The notes beneath the pieces were generated by a model that worked only from the letters and a program-made list of their open reading frames with translations, searched no databases and had not been told where the DNA came from. Both the position numbers and the translations under genes were made by a program. Shown here piece after piece: positions 51,703-61,885 of a stretch of DNA of 64,000 nucleotides. The stretch is from Obrimoposthia wandeli (taxonomy: Eukaryota). The stretch is taken from positions 1 through 64,000 of the forward strand of contig CDROCS010001004.1 in NCBI GenBank assembly GCA_977020255.1, written 5' to 3'. How positions within the stretch are numbered: position 1 is the stretch's first letter; each line of letters opens with the position of its first letter.

Positions 51703-52203
51703 ATGGGCGCACAAAGACAATTATTCGGCCGCTTCGTAAAAGATTTACCCAATGGCGAGTTATGCTGGATAGGCCTGCGCCCAGCGCGCAAAGAAGACAT
51801 GCACATTGTTGATCAAGTCACTGCATTACAAGAGCTTGGTTTAAACGGTGATCACCGCTGTGAGAAAACGCCGGGCTCCGGCAGGCAAGTCACTATTATT
51901 TCAAAAGAATATATTTCTCAAATTGCTCATTTCACGGGTAGAGAATCGATAGATCCTGCTATTTTAAGACGCAACTTAGTGGTCTCAGGACTTAATTTAA
52001 CCGCCCTCAGACATCAGCAATTCACCATCGGTAACGCACTATTTGAAACCACCGCACTGTGCCACCCTTGCTCACGCATGGAACGCGCTTTAGGCAAAGG
52101 CACTACTGCGGCAATGTTGGGCCATGGTGGATTGTGCGCAAAAATTTTACGCGGTGGTGACATTAAAGTGGGTGATGCGGTAATACCTGTCATTCCTGAA
52201 TAA
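51703..52203 (+). CDS. MOSC-domain protein
   Basis: GLNGDH, RQVT, LRRNLVVSG and CHPC.RM motifs; ATG 51703 has GGAG upstream. Confidence 0.85.
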   Translation: MGAQRQLFGRFVKDLPNGELCWIGLRPARKEDMHIVDQVTALQELGLNGDHRCEKTPGSGRQVTIISKEYISQIAHFTGRESIDPAILRRNLVVSGLNLTALRHQQFTIGNALFETTALCHPCSRMERALGKGTTAAMLGHGGLCAKILRGGDIKVGDAVIPVIPE

Positions 52204-52581
52204 ACCAACATGCATCACAAACCAATAATAAGTTTAAATCTATTTGCTGTAAATCATGACAATAACCGATTCTAATGCCTTATTGTTAATTTTTTATGGG
52301 CACTTTTAGCTTCAACAATTATGAGATAAATGGATCATTTAAAAGGTAAAACAACCCTTCAATATTAAAGATAATTACCATGGATTAACTGCAGTTTTAA
52401 CCCGATTATAGCAGCTAAAGCTGCCTATATTGATACAGGCAAATAGCTGTTAAATTAAAACGCTACTTCCTCAAAGGGACCGATTTAACTGAGTTATAAA
52501 TAGCTCTAAAAAATTACAGTAATCCCTCTTTTATTCTGTTTTAATAGCACTCTTCAGATTTAGCGATACAAGGTAAAAAAA

Positions 52582-52932
52582 ATGGCTTACGAACTAACCG
52601 GCAAGGTTAAGTTAATTCAGGACCCACAGAGCTTTAACAGCGGTTTTACTAAACGTGAAATGGTGGTAACGGTCGAGGAAGGTAAATACCCACAAGATAT
52701 CAATGTCGAATTTGTGCAAGATAAAGTGAGCTTACTAGATGCGGTACAAGTAGGCGAACAGATTACTGTCACTTTTGATATTCGTGGCCGTGAATATAAC
52801 GGTCGCTATTTCAACAACTTAGTTGGTTGGAAAGTACAAAGTGGTAGCGCATCAGCCGCTGATCCATACGATCAAACGCCAATGTATGATACAAGTGCAC
52901 CTACTGACTACGATGATGAAGTACCTTTCTAA
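52582..52932 (+). CDS. DUF3127-family OB-fold protein with acidic ...VPF tail
   Basis: FTKRE.VV, KYPQ.I..EF.QDK, FDIRGREYNGRYFNNL.GWK motifs; ends YDDEVPF. Confidence 0.8.
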   Translation: MAYELTGKVKLIQDPQSFNSGFTKREMVVTVEEGKYPQDINVEFVQDKVSLLDAVQVGEQITVTFDIRGREYNGRYFNNLVGWKVQSGSASAADPYDQTPMYDTSAPTDYDDEVPF

Positions 52933-52940
52933 TCACTCTG

Positions 52941-52968
52941 ATCAAGGCAGGTTTATACCTGCCTTGAT
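52941..52968. terminator. Hairpin between convergent genes
   Basis: ATCAAGGCAGGT-TTAT-ACCTGCCTTGAT. Confidence 0.7.
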
Positions 52969-53106
52969 TGAATCTTATTTATCAAAAATTTCCCTAGAAA
53001 GTGATTTCTAGCAAAGACGCTGTAAATTAAATAGGCTCTACTCCATACAGCTCTTGAGCCTCTCAACTTTTCTATTTCTGCCGCCATACAATAGCTTTAA
53101 CTAAGC

Positions 53107-53502
53107 TTAATCTTGAATATTTTGCCTGTGAGTATCATTAAATACTTCGCCCCATTCACATAGTTGATCTAATACTGGCGTTAGTTTATTTGCTAACTCA
53201 GTGGGTGAATACTCTACTTTAGGCGGAACCTGCGCATAGACTTTGCGTATGACTAACCTATCTTTCTCCAGCTCTCGCAATTGCTGCGTTAACATCTTTT
53301 GTGTGATCTTAGGTATCATCCTTTTGAGCTCGCCAAATCTCAAGGTTTGTCCGCGAAGTTGGTAGAGAATAATTACTTTCCACTTTCCTCCAATAACCGT
53401 AATAGCAGTAATGACTGGGCAAACCGTTAAATCGACGGCTGTTTTATTTTCCGTATTTTTTGTTAATTTATTTTCTACTGCTGAGACCTCTAAACTAGCC
53501 AT
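53107..53502 (-). CDS. HxlR-family regulator
   Basis: CPV, IGGKWK, QKMLTQQLRELE and PPKVEY motifs. Confidence 0.92.
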   Translation of the reverse strand: MASLEVSAVENKLTKNTENKTAVDLTVCPVITAITVIGGKWKVIILYQLRGQTLRFGELKRMIPKITQKMLTQQLRELEKDRLVIRKVYAQVPPKVEYSPTELANKLTPVLDQLCEWGEVFNDTHRQNIQD

Positions 53503-53640
53503 TAGGCACCTCTTTGTAACTATGTTTCTAAATTGTACGTACTTGTTTTATGTCAGCTTCGATCCTATTGTATCAAAAGTATACTATGTATCTATAAGAA
53601 ACCAAAGATACTTTTACCCTGTGAAAAATAAGGAGCTGCC

Positions 53641-54327
53641 ATGTCATTTCAATCAACGAAACCGCAACAAATAGCACTGCAACCAATAGAACTAATTAGT
53701 TTCAATTTGTGTCCCTTCGTGCAGCGCTCAGTCATCACTTTGTTGAACAAAGGAATCGACTTTAAAATCACCTATATCGAACTTGCTGATAAACCCGATT
53801 GGTTCTTAAAAATATCACCTATGGGTAAAGTACCCGTACTGCGATATGGGGATGAAGTGCTATTTGAATCTGCAGCGATCAATGAGTTTATCGATGAAAT
53901 AACGCCTAACTCGCTGATGCCCACCAGTCCCTTACTAAAGGCTAAAGATAGGAGCTGGATTGAATATGCCAGCCAAATTATTATGGATCAATACATGCTC
54001 AGTGTTGCCAATAGTAAGGAAGACTATCAAGCTAGACATGACACTTTTCAAGCAAGGTTACAAAAACTGGAGCAGCAATTAACTGGCAATCGTTTTTTCA
54101 ACAGTGACCACTTTGGCTTGGTTGATGCCGCTATTGCTCCCGTGTTTATCCGTTTAGAGATAATAGCCCGACGCTTTAATAAAAACTTAATGGCCGATTT
54201 CCCTGGCTTAAGCAAATTGGCTGCTAACTATTTAGCGCAAACATATGTAGTAAAATCAGTTATCGATGACTTTGAGCAAGTTTATTTAGATTTTTTAAGT
54301 AAAAACAACAGCGTATTAGCGGTTTAA
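53641..54327 (+). CDS. Glutathione S-transferase (omega-like)
   Basis: CPFVQR, SPMGKVP, FESAAI and GLVDAA.AP motifs. Confidence 0.9.
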   Translation: MSFQSTKPQQIALQPIELISFNLCPFVQRSVITLLNKGIDFKITYIELADKPDWFLKISPMGKVPVLRYGDEVLFESAAINEFIDEITPNSLMPTSPLLKAKDRSWIEYASQIIMDQYMLSVANSKEDYQARHDTFQARLQKLEQQLTGNRFFNSDHFGLVDAAIAPVFIRLEIIARRFNKNLMADFPGLSKLAANYLAQTYVVKSVIDDFEQVYLDFLSKNNSVLAV

Positions 54328-54361
54328 ATATAACTAAACAATGATTAATTAGGAAATTCCC

Positions 54362-55456
54362 ATGTCAAATCAAAAACTTTTCAGCCAAGCTCCACTAGGC
54401 CACTACACCTTAGATCATCGTATTGTGATGGCACCGTTAACCCGCTCTCGCTCTGCACAGCCCGGCGATATTCCTCAATCAATAAATGTTGACTACTATG
54501 CCCAAAGAGCTTCAGCTGCGTTGATTATCACTGAAGCAACCCAAATTTCGCCTCAGGGGAAAGGTTATGCTTTTACACCGGGAATATATTCACCAGCGCA
54601 AATTGAAGGCTGGCGTAAGGTGACAAAAGCGGTACATAAAAAAGGCTCTAAGATATTTTTACAATTGTGGCACGTTGGCCGTGTATCTCACTCTAAAGTA
54701 CAACTCGATGACTTACTACCGGTAGCACCCTCAGCGATAGCAGTACAAGGACAAGCATTTTCAGAGGAAGGGATGCTAGATTTTGAAACACCGCGCGCCC
54801 TAGCAAACGATGAAATGGCAGGTATTGTTGAACAATTTAAACAAGGCGCTATCAATGCTTTAGCAGCAGGTTTCGATGGCGTAGAAATTCATGCAGCCAA
54901 TGGTTATTTGCTTGATCAATTTTTAAAAGATGGCAGCAACCATCGCAGTGATAATTATGGAGGGAGTATTGAGAACAGAGCGCGTTTAACACTACAAGTG
55001 ACTAAAGCCGTAACCGATGTGTTTGGTAGTGACAAAGTAGGTATTCGCATTTCACCCACTGGCACCTTTAATTCAATGTCTGAAAGTGACCCTCAATCAT
55101 TATTTAATCATCTAATAACTGAGCTTAATCATTTCAATCTGGCGTATTTACATGTCGTTGAACAATTTGCAGGGGCTAGCAGTGACAACTTCGATTTTGT
55201 AGCTCTACGCAACACGTTCAATGGTGCCTATATTGCAAATGGCGGTTATACCAAGGAGCGTGCAGAGCAAAGTTTACAGCAAAACAATACTGACTTTATC
55301 GCGTTTGGCATGCCCTATATTGCCAACCCTGATTTGGTTGAAAGGCTACAGCAAAACGCACCTCTTAATGACGTTGACCAGGCAACTTTGTACGGTGGTG
55401 ATACCAGAGGCTACACTGACTACCCAAGCCTAGAGTTAGAATTAGAACCTGCTTAA
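54362..55456 (+). CDS. Old Yellow Enzyme / alkene reductase
   Basis: MAPLTRSR, QLWHVGR, EIHAANGYLLDQF and NPDL motifs. Confidence 0.93.
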   Translation: MSNQKLFSQAPLGHYTLDHRIVMAPLTRSRSAQPGDIPQSINVDYYAQRASAALIITEATQISPQGKGYAFTPGIYSPAQIEGWRKVTKAVHKKGSKIFLQLWHVGRVSHSKVQLDDLLPVAPSAIAVQGQAFSEEGMLDFETPRALANDEMAGIVEQFKQGAINALAAGFDGVEIHAANGYLLDQFLKDGSNHRSDNYGGSIENRARLTLQVTKAVTDVFGSDKVGIRISPTGTFNSMSESDPQSLFNHLITELNHFNLAYLHVVEQFAGASSDNFDFVALRNTFNGAYIANGGYTKERAEQSLQQNNTDFIAFGMPYIANPDLVERLQQNAPLNDVDQATLYGGDTRGYTDYPSLELELEPA

Positions 55457-55624
55457 CTATCAGCTGGGATCTCAAGTCAAAATGATGCTTAGCAGTGCTC
55501 ATTGAGTGCTGCTAATACCCTTATGAACCTTATGCATTTAGTAATGCTTAAAATGCATTATGTTCATGCTAGTTTTATCCTTATAATAGCCAAAAATTTA
55601 TATGAAACTAATAGGAAATTCATC

Positions 55625-56146
55625 ATGACTGTTAACGCACACCCTGATAACAATCAGATCGACACTAACGCTATCACTGTAAGGGAGGCCACTGTAGAAG
55701 ATGCAGCGGTTCTTTTTCAATTCATTAAAGAACTCGCTGTTTATGAAAAAGCACTTGATCAAGTAGAGGCCACAGAGCAAAGCATCGCTAGTAGTTTGTT
55801 TGCACAAGGCAGTAATAGTTATGCACTCATTTGTGAACATAAAGGCCAAGTAATTGGCTCGGCTATTTACTTTTTTAATTACTCCACTTGGCAGGCAAAA
55901 GCGGGGCTTTATTTAGAAGATCTGTATGTTACTCCGCAAGCGCGAGGCTTAGGTGGTGGAACAGCTCTATTAAAAGCAATGGCGAATATTGCCCTAGAAA
56001 AAAATTGTGGTCGTTTTGAATGGAGCTGCTTAGATTGGAACACTCCCTCTAGAGATTTTTATGCAGCTATCGGCGCTGAAGATCAGCCAGAGTGGGTACG
56101 CTACCGTATGAATGATGAACAGATGCAGCAGTTTATTGCTAGTTAA
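55625..56146 (+). CDS. GNAT acetyltransferase (diamine/spermidine-acetyltransferase-like)
   Basis: ELAVYEK, NYSTW, LYLEDLYV..RG.GGG and W.CLDWN motifs; ATG 55625 preferred. Confidence 0.85.
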   Translation: MTVNAHPDNNQIDTNAITVREATVEDAAVLFQFIKELAVYEKALDQVEATEQSIASSLFAQGSNSYALICEHKGQVIGSAIYFFNYSTWQAKAGLYLEDLYVTPQARGLGGGTALLKAMANIALEKNCGRFEWSCLDWNTPSRDFYAAIGAEDQPEWVRYRMNDEQMQQFIAS

Positions 56147-56303
56147 TTATACTCAATTCCTATAAAGCCCCTAAACCAAAAGTATCATTGACCCAGCGAG
56201 CGAAGTAATTGAAGGCCGATCTTTTTTTCCAAGATTAACCAGCGCTTATGGCTAGCCTGATATTGGAATATAATTCATCATTTCTAAATGTTTAGAAATA
56301 TTT

Positions 56304-56828
56304 CTAGTATTGTGGGTCATCTTCTATAAACGGAGTGATATGTGAGATTATTTTATCAATATCTAAAAAGATAATCATATTATCATTATTAAAAGCCACC
56401 CCTTTTACAAAGCCACTTTTTGTGTCGCCATCAGAGACTCTTGGAGCGATTTCGATACTTTTTGTCAGAATATTTATCACCTCATCGACACTATCAACAA
56501 TAAAGCCAACTATTTCTTCTTTGTTGAATTCAACCAAAATAATATTAGTACTACTATCAGGTGTTTTTTCGGGTAAGGCAAACATTATTCGAGCATCTAT
56601 AACGGTGATTACCTTACCTCTTAAATTGATGAGGCCGCATACATAGGCATCTGATCCAGGTACAGGTGTGATTTCGCTATACTTCTGTACCTCTATAACT
56701 TGCAAAGCGTCGACAGCAAATAATTCGCCATTAATTTTAAATGTAACCCATTGTTTAAACTCAGTATCTTTGTCAATAGTACGAGATTTAATCGAAGTAT
56801 TAGGTTTTTCTTTCATTTCATGCTCCAC
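56304..56828 (-). CDS. cheW: Chemotaxis coupling protein CheW
   Basis: V.E...Y.EITPVPG and GLINLRG.VITVID motifs. Confidence 0.9.
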   Translation of the reverse strand: MEHEMKEKPNTSIKSRTIDKDTEFKQWVTFKINGELFAVDALQVIEVQKYSEITPVPGSDAYVCGLINLRGKVITVIDARIMFALPEKTPDSSTNIILVEFNKEEIVGFIVDSVDEVINILTKSIEIAPRVSDGDTKSGFVKGVAFNNDNMIIFLDIDKIISHITPFIEDDPQY

Positions 56829-57118
56829 ACGTTACTGCCAATGCTAATAAACCTTAGGCTGAATTTTTTTCAACTACGTGAATTATATAGTTTATCTTCA
56901 CACTTAAATATAACATGTATACTCCATAATGCTCTTTATCGTGCATTTGAAGAACAAAAGATGATCATAAAAGGAGGATTGGATGATAAAAACCAACTCC
57001 AATAACATAGAAGTGATCTATTCATCTGTTGGATCCAAGCATGTGCCATCATTATACTAAGCACGAATAATCAATTTGTGACTGCCCTTGAACTAAGTAT
57101 CTAAACTGATCAGAAGAG

Positions 57119-57358
57119 TCAATTGAGTGCGCCAAAAAGGGTGTCGAAGCTTTTGGCAATATTAATGAACGAACTTCAACGGTAGCAACAACCGCTACCG
57201 AGTAAACAAAAGTAACCGATGAAATCCAAGATCGATCTGAACGAAACCATCAAATAAGCCAGCGAAATTCAGGTGACGCGGTAAAGCTGACTGACATGGG
57301 TAAACTCTCATCGCAAGCTGCTAAACAATTGTGCGATTTAAGTAGTAGCGATAGCTGA
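57119..57358 (+). pseudogene. Probable C-terminal remnant of a methyl-accepting chemotaxis protein
   Basis: ...TVATTATE*TKVTDEI...ISQRNS.DA..L...LSSQAAKQL resembles the IATAAEEQ..V.EEI methylation helix, with a stop at 57203. Confidence 0.45.
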
Positions 57359-57452
57359 CCCACTGTCTTTGATTTAAACGTAAAGAGATGATTTTTAACA
57401 CCTTTTTATATCTGAAACCACACTTAATCCATACATTGCATAAGAATCTTAG

Positions 57453-58022
57453 CTAGTCATCAACCACTAATGCCAATAACTCTTGCGTACTCGCCACATT
57501 GCAATATCCAGCACTTAGCGCTGCCATAAAAGCGTAATGTACTTGCAGAGCTGGCACCACTGTATTATTAAACTCTAAATCAAGTGTTGCACAAGCATCA
57601 TGTGCAACATGGCACTCATAACCTAAATCAGTGGCAGCGCGTGCCGCTGCATCAATACACATATGGCTCATTGCACCAATAATAATTAACCTAGTGATGC
57701 CTGCTTTTTGCAAAATCTCATTTAGTTCCGTGTCTCTAAAACTGTTAATCTGATGCTTTAACACAATCGTCTCATCATCAACTGGAGCTACACTTGGGTG
57801 AATATGTGCGCCTGGTGAATTAGGTAGAAAAAAAGGCGCATCTGAAGTGGTGAATTCATGCCTCACATGAATAATTGGTAGTTTTTTTTCACGAAACTGT
57901 GCCAATATTTTCGCCCCTTGTGCCGCGGCAGCTTCTGTTTCTGATAGCGCTAGTTTTGCACCGTTATAACTTGAAAAGTAATCGTTCTGGAAATCTACAA
58001 TTAATAGGCCTGTTTTTACCAT
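57453..58022 (-). CDS. Isochorismatase-family cysteine hydrolase
   Basis: LLIVDFQNDYF, K..INSF..T.L and GAMSHMCID motifs. Confidence 0.9.
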   Translation of the reverse strand: MVKTGLLIVDFQNDYFSSYNGAKLALSETEAAAAQGAKILAQFREKKLPIIHVRHEFTTSDAPFFLPNSPGAHIHPSVAPVDDETIVLKHQINSFRDTELNEILQKAGITRLIIIGAMSHMCIDAAARAATDLGYECHVAHDACATLDLEFNNTVVPALQVHYAFMAALSAGYCNVASTQELLALVVDD

Positions 58023-58119
58023 GATATTATTTCCTCATTTATATTTGCGGTATGAAGGGCATTATGCGTATTATCGGCTTTACAAACGAATGGCATAAAT
58101 GACATAAATTGGTTTAGTT

Positions 58120-59046
58120 ATGACAAATAATATTTTCATCACCATTGTTAATTACCAAAATGCGCTGAAAAGCGCGGTGTATGGGCTAGAAGAGCTATTT
58201 ATAGCTGCCAATACTATTCTTGAAAACCAAGCGTTAGACACGCGGTTTTATGTAGACATTTGTACCCCTGAACAGCTTAAAATGGCTGAGAGCTCTCATA
58301 TTCATTTAATCATTCTCCCGCCTATTCTTAACGGGGATTATCATTTAAACCCTGGCCCGGAATTAATTTATTTTCTGACACAAATGCAGCGTAAAGGCGT
58401 TATTTTATGCTCGGCTTGTGCTGGCGCTTTTATTCTAGCTGAAACCGGGTTATTCGAAAGTAAAATGCTCACCACACATTGGAAATTGGCGAACGATTTT
58501 CGAGCCAAATACCCCAAGGTACAATTAAATGCTGACAAGGTTTTAATCAATAGTATTGAGAGCATTTCTGCGGGCGGGTTGATGTCATGGATAGATTTAG
58601 GCTTAGAAATTGTAGCGCGCTTTAGTAAACCTCACATCATGCGTTTGTTAGGTAAGTATTTAATTGTAGATACCGGCATGCGTGAGCAACGTTATTATGA
58701 AAGCTTTAGCCCAAGCTTTGCGCATAACAATGACACAATTGTCAAAGTGCAGCATTACATTCAAGATAACTATCAAACGCGCATCACCATGAAAGATTTA
58801 TCCGAGCTGGCTTTTATCACCGAACGCACTTTATTAAGGCAGTTTATCCTAGCAACCGACTGGAAGCCGTTGCAGTATATACAGCGTATTAGAGTACAAA
58901 AAGCCTGCGAAGCCCTTGAATCAACTACACAAAGCTTAGAGCAAATAGCTGCCTTGGTTGGCTATAGCGATGTGAATAGTTTTCGCAAAGTATTCAATAA
59001 AGTAATTGGTTTGAGCCCGACTGAATTCAGGCAACGCTTTCGTTAA
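58120..59046 (+). CDS. GlxA-family regulator
   Basis: SACAGAF, TTHW, AGG..SW.DL motifs and AraC HTH. Confidence 0.9.
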   Translation: MTNNIFITIVNYQNALKSAVYGLEELFIAANTILENQALDTRFYVDICTPEQLKMAESSHIHLIILPPILNGDYHLNPGPELIYFLTQMQRKGVILCSACAGAFILAETGLFESKMLTTHWKLANDFRAKYPKVQLNADKVLINSIESISAGGLMSWIDLGLEIVARFSKPHIMRLLGKYLIVDTGMREQRYYESFSPSFAHNNDTIVKVQHYIQDNYQTRITMKDLSELAFITERTLLRQFILATDWKPLQYIQRIRVQKACEALESTTQSLEQIAALVGYSDVNSFRKVFNKVIGLSPTEFRQRFR

Positions 59047-59074
59047 TAAAGCATCAACCTCTGATTTTGGATAT

Positions 59075-59956
59075 TTATAGTTTTATATCCCACAACACTC
59101 TTACCTCTTGCAGCATCGCGCTGATAACCGGTTGATCCATTCTATTTTTGGCAACCACAAAGTATAGTGTTGTTGTAAAATCAAGTGCCGATATAACTTG
59201 CACTTGTTGCTTCTTTTCAGCCTCGAGCGCTTCTTCTAACTCTAAAAAGCTCAGTCCTAATCCGCTTTTCACCAATTCAAGTCGAGTACCATCATCACTT
59301 GTTTTCAGCACTGTTTGAATGCTCTGCGCTAACACTGGAGATAACTGCTTTTTTAAAAATCCATCAAAAGGGCAATAATCTCCCATCATTATCCACTGCT
59401 GCTGACTTAACTGCACTGTTGATAACATTTCGGATACATCAAAAGTTTGTGGAGCAACCGTTGTAATTTTTTGCTCCATCACTGCTAAACCAAAGAAATC
59501 ATCTGGGATATCGCCAAAGATATAACCACCATCAAGCTGCTGCTCTCTAATTTCACGGATGGTTTTACCCGTTGATTGCTGATGTACTTCTAAACTGATT
59601 CCGGCACAGTTGTCTTGCAGATTTGCTACTAATTTAGCCAGCCTTATCTGCTTAGCCGTTAAATTAATCGCCATGTGAAAGGTGCCGATAATTTCATGCA
59701 AATTATCAGCCGCTAGGTTCACCAAATCTACCGCGCTATCAAGGGTAAGCTGTGCTTGTTTTAGCAATAGCGCACCCTTTTCTGTTAATAACATGCCTTT
59801 GCTTGAGCGTATAAATAACGCAGTAGAAAGTTCTTCTTCAAGTGCTTTTATATGGGCACTAATCGCAGGAGGCGTCGTATATAAACGCTTTGCAGCTTGG
59901 GTTAAATTACCCGTTTTAGCCACCGCTACGAAAGAGCGTAAATGGTAAAACTCCAA
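59075..59956 (-). CDS. LysR-family regulator
   Basis: LRSFVAVA..GNLTQAAKRL..T.PAIS..IK.LEEEL...LF.R HTH. Confidence 0.92.
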   Translation of the reverse strand: MEFYHLRSFVAVAKTGNLTQAAKRLYTTPPAISAHIKALEEELSTALFIRSSKGMLLTEKGALLLKQAQLTLDSAVDLVNLAADNLHEIIGTFHMAINLTAKQIRLAKLVANLQDNCAGISLEVHQQSTGKTIREIREQQLDGGYIFGDIPDDFFGLAVMEQKITTVAPQTFDVSEMLSTVQLSQQQWIMMGDYCPFDGFLKKQLSPVLAQSIQTVLKTSDDGTRLELVKSGLGLSFLELEEALEAEKKQQVQVISALDFTTTLYFVVAKNRMDQPVISAMLQEVRVLWDIKL

Positions 59957-60027
59957 AACAATATTCCTTGGTGAAATTTTTTAATCATAACAATACTAAA
60001 TATAATCATTAATCCCCTACTACGCTA

Positions 60028-60064
60028 TTCAGCTTTACTGAACACTGTCTTCATTAAAGCTGAA
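60028..60064. promoter_or_regulatory. Two LysR-type boxes TTCA-N7-TGAA
   Basis: TTCAGCTTTACTGAA (60028-60042) and TTCATTAAAGCTGAA (60050-60064), 22 bp apart, upstream of lysR. Confidence 0.6.
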
Positions 60065-60211
60065 TTTCACTTCTATTAAAAGCTAGCTACATTAGCTCTG
60101 CACCTTGTAAACAGCAATAGCCAAATAATAACTGGCGTTTAAATGAATAATTAAAGTAACGCATTTACCAAGTACCCTAAATATACTTGGTTCGTCGTTT
60201 ATTGCTGGGGC

Positions 60212-60376
60212 TAGCAGCCTGTCGGGCTTAACACTAATCTACTGCGAAAAATCAGAATTTGGCCATATTTCCTGCTCTTTCTCGTTAAATAGCTCGCTAT
60301 TCGCCTCAAAAGACCAAGAAATCTATCTCAAATCTACTTTTTCTCGCTACGATCGGCCAAGCCCGACAGACTGCTA
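60212..60376. mobile_element. 165-bp MITE
   Basis: 18-bp TIR TAGCAG(C/T)CTGTCGGGCTT with one mismatch; the terminal TA may be a target duplication. Confidence 0.75.
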
Positions 60377-60568
60377 CGTCGTAACAACGCTGCTAAAGTG
60401 TTTTAAAAATTTGCGGCATTTTGTTTTAGTGTTTAAGAAATGCTAGCGATATCCACTACTGGGAAGGTTTTGACAGATATCCTGTTATTCGTCTCACTCA
60501 AGCTCAGTAATAACAAACTTTTCAACGCTCATATAGCGAAAACCACATTTTAATTAAAAGGCTTAGCC

Positions 60569-60877
60569 ATGATTACTTGTTTTATCGAATATAAAATTGA
60601 TACGCAAAAGCTGCAAGAATTTGAAATTTACGCCAAAACTTGGGTTGGGTTAGTCAACAAATTAGGCGGCCAACACCAAGGATACTTTTTACCATCTGAA
60701 GGTGCAGACAATGTGGCACTAGCTCTGTTTTCCTTTGCAAGCTTAGCCGATTACGAGCAATACAGAATAGCTTCTTTTAAAGATACACAGTGTATCGAAG
60801 CTTTTGAATATGCAGCTAAAACACAGTGTATTAAAAGCTATCGGCGCAGTTTCTTTCGACCATTAAATAACATATAG
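60569..60877 (+). CDS. NIPSNAP-family protein
   Basis: ITCFIEY.ID...FE.YA..W, GG.HQGYFLP.EGA and F.SLA.YE.YR motifs. Confidence 0.85.
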   Translation: MITCFIEYKIDTQKLQEFEIYAKTWVGLVNKLGGQHQGYFLPSEGADNVALALFSFASLADYEQYRIASFKDTQCIEAFEYAAKTQCIKSYRRSFFRPLNNI

Positions 60878-61098
60878 CGCTCTTTAAAATATATGTACTG
60901 AGCCTAGATAATCACCCAACCATTTGTTACTAAAACCAATTACAACAGAAAAAGATCGCTGAGATGTGGAACTCACACAGTGATCTAATCAGTACCAAGG
61001 TTATTATTAACGAAGTCTGGCACTTAAAACCTCAGCCGCAATTATTTAACTTTCTGGGACATTAACACAGAGGAAATTATCGCAGTAGCCATAATTCC

Positions 61099-61629
61099 CT
61101 ATTTAAAATCCGCTTCACTCTTGAGGTACGCAGCAACTTCAACAGCGTTTTGATTAGGTTCGTTCACTGGGAAAAAAACTTTCTTGATATTACCGTTTTC
61201 AATAATGATAGTGATACGAGTCAGCAGTGTCATGCTAGCAGCTTCAAAGGTTGGCAGTGATAAGGCTGCACCCAGCTTCAACTTATCATCTGAGAGAATA
61301 TGAAAAGGAAGAGATAGACGTTCAACAACTTCCTTTTGATATTCAGAGCTCTGAGTTGACAGCCCAAACACTCGTGAAGCTCCAGCAGCAATAATTTCGT
61401 TGTGATATTCTCCATAGCTTTTCGATTGCGGTGTACAGCCACGTGCTCCAGGTATCAGATCCCAACCTTCAATTGGAGGCTGATTTGGCGGACTAGTACG
61501 AGGGTATGCGTAAACAACACTGATACCTGCTAAAGCTGCAAGATCAATTTTTGAACCGTTTGTAGCGACTAGCACCAAACTAGGAACCGTTTGCCCAGTC
61601 AGGGTGTCGATGATATTTTGGGTAGGCAT
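61099..61629 (-). CDS. Peroxiredoxin (BCP-like)
   Basis: YPR...IPGARGCTPQ and VFGLSTQ motifs. Confidence 0.85.
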   Translation of the reverse strand: MPTQNIIDTLTGQTVPSLVLVATNGSKIDLAALAGISVVYAYPRTSPPNQPPIEGWDLIPGARGCTPQSKSYGEYHNEIIAAGASRVFGLSTQSSEYQKEVVERLSLPFHILSDDKLKLGAALSLPTFEAASMTLLTRITIIIENGNIKKVFFPVNEPNQNAVEVAAYLKSEADFK

Positions 61630-61885
61630 TTTCTTTAATTTCCTTGCATTTATCCGCGAGATTTATTTCTAAAAGGTAGAGAAATTCGAATTTATCCGTT
61701 TTTGACTTATAATCTATCACTGTCATATAGTCAGGAAATGAGACTAAACGGATATTGAAGAAGCTATAGCAGTTCACAAGTCTACTCTTAACATTCAATG
61801 ATAAAAATCAGAAAACCTTGCCACCTGATTATCAAATCACTCAGACATTCACAACTGAATGTGAGCCTGGCAATTAATTCTCTGC

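Noticed and set aside
32289-55624. Longer N-terminal extensions given by the ORF track (32378, 33116, 37132, 51682, 55502)
   Set aside because: The extensions overlap repeats, terminators or neighbouring genes; downstream ATGs fit the families better
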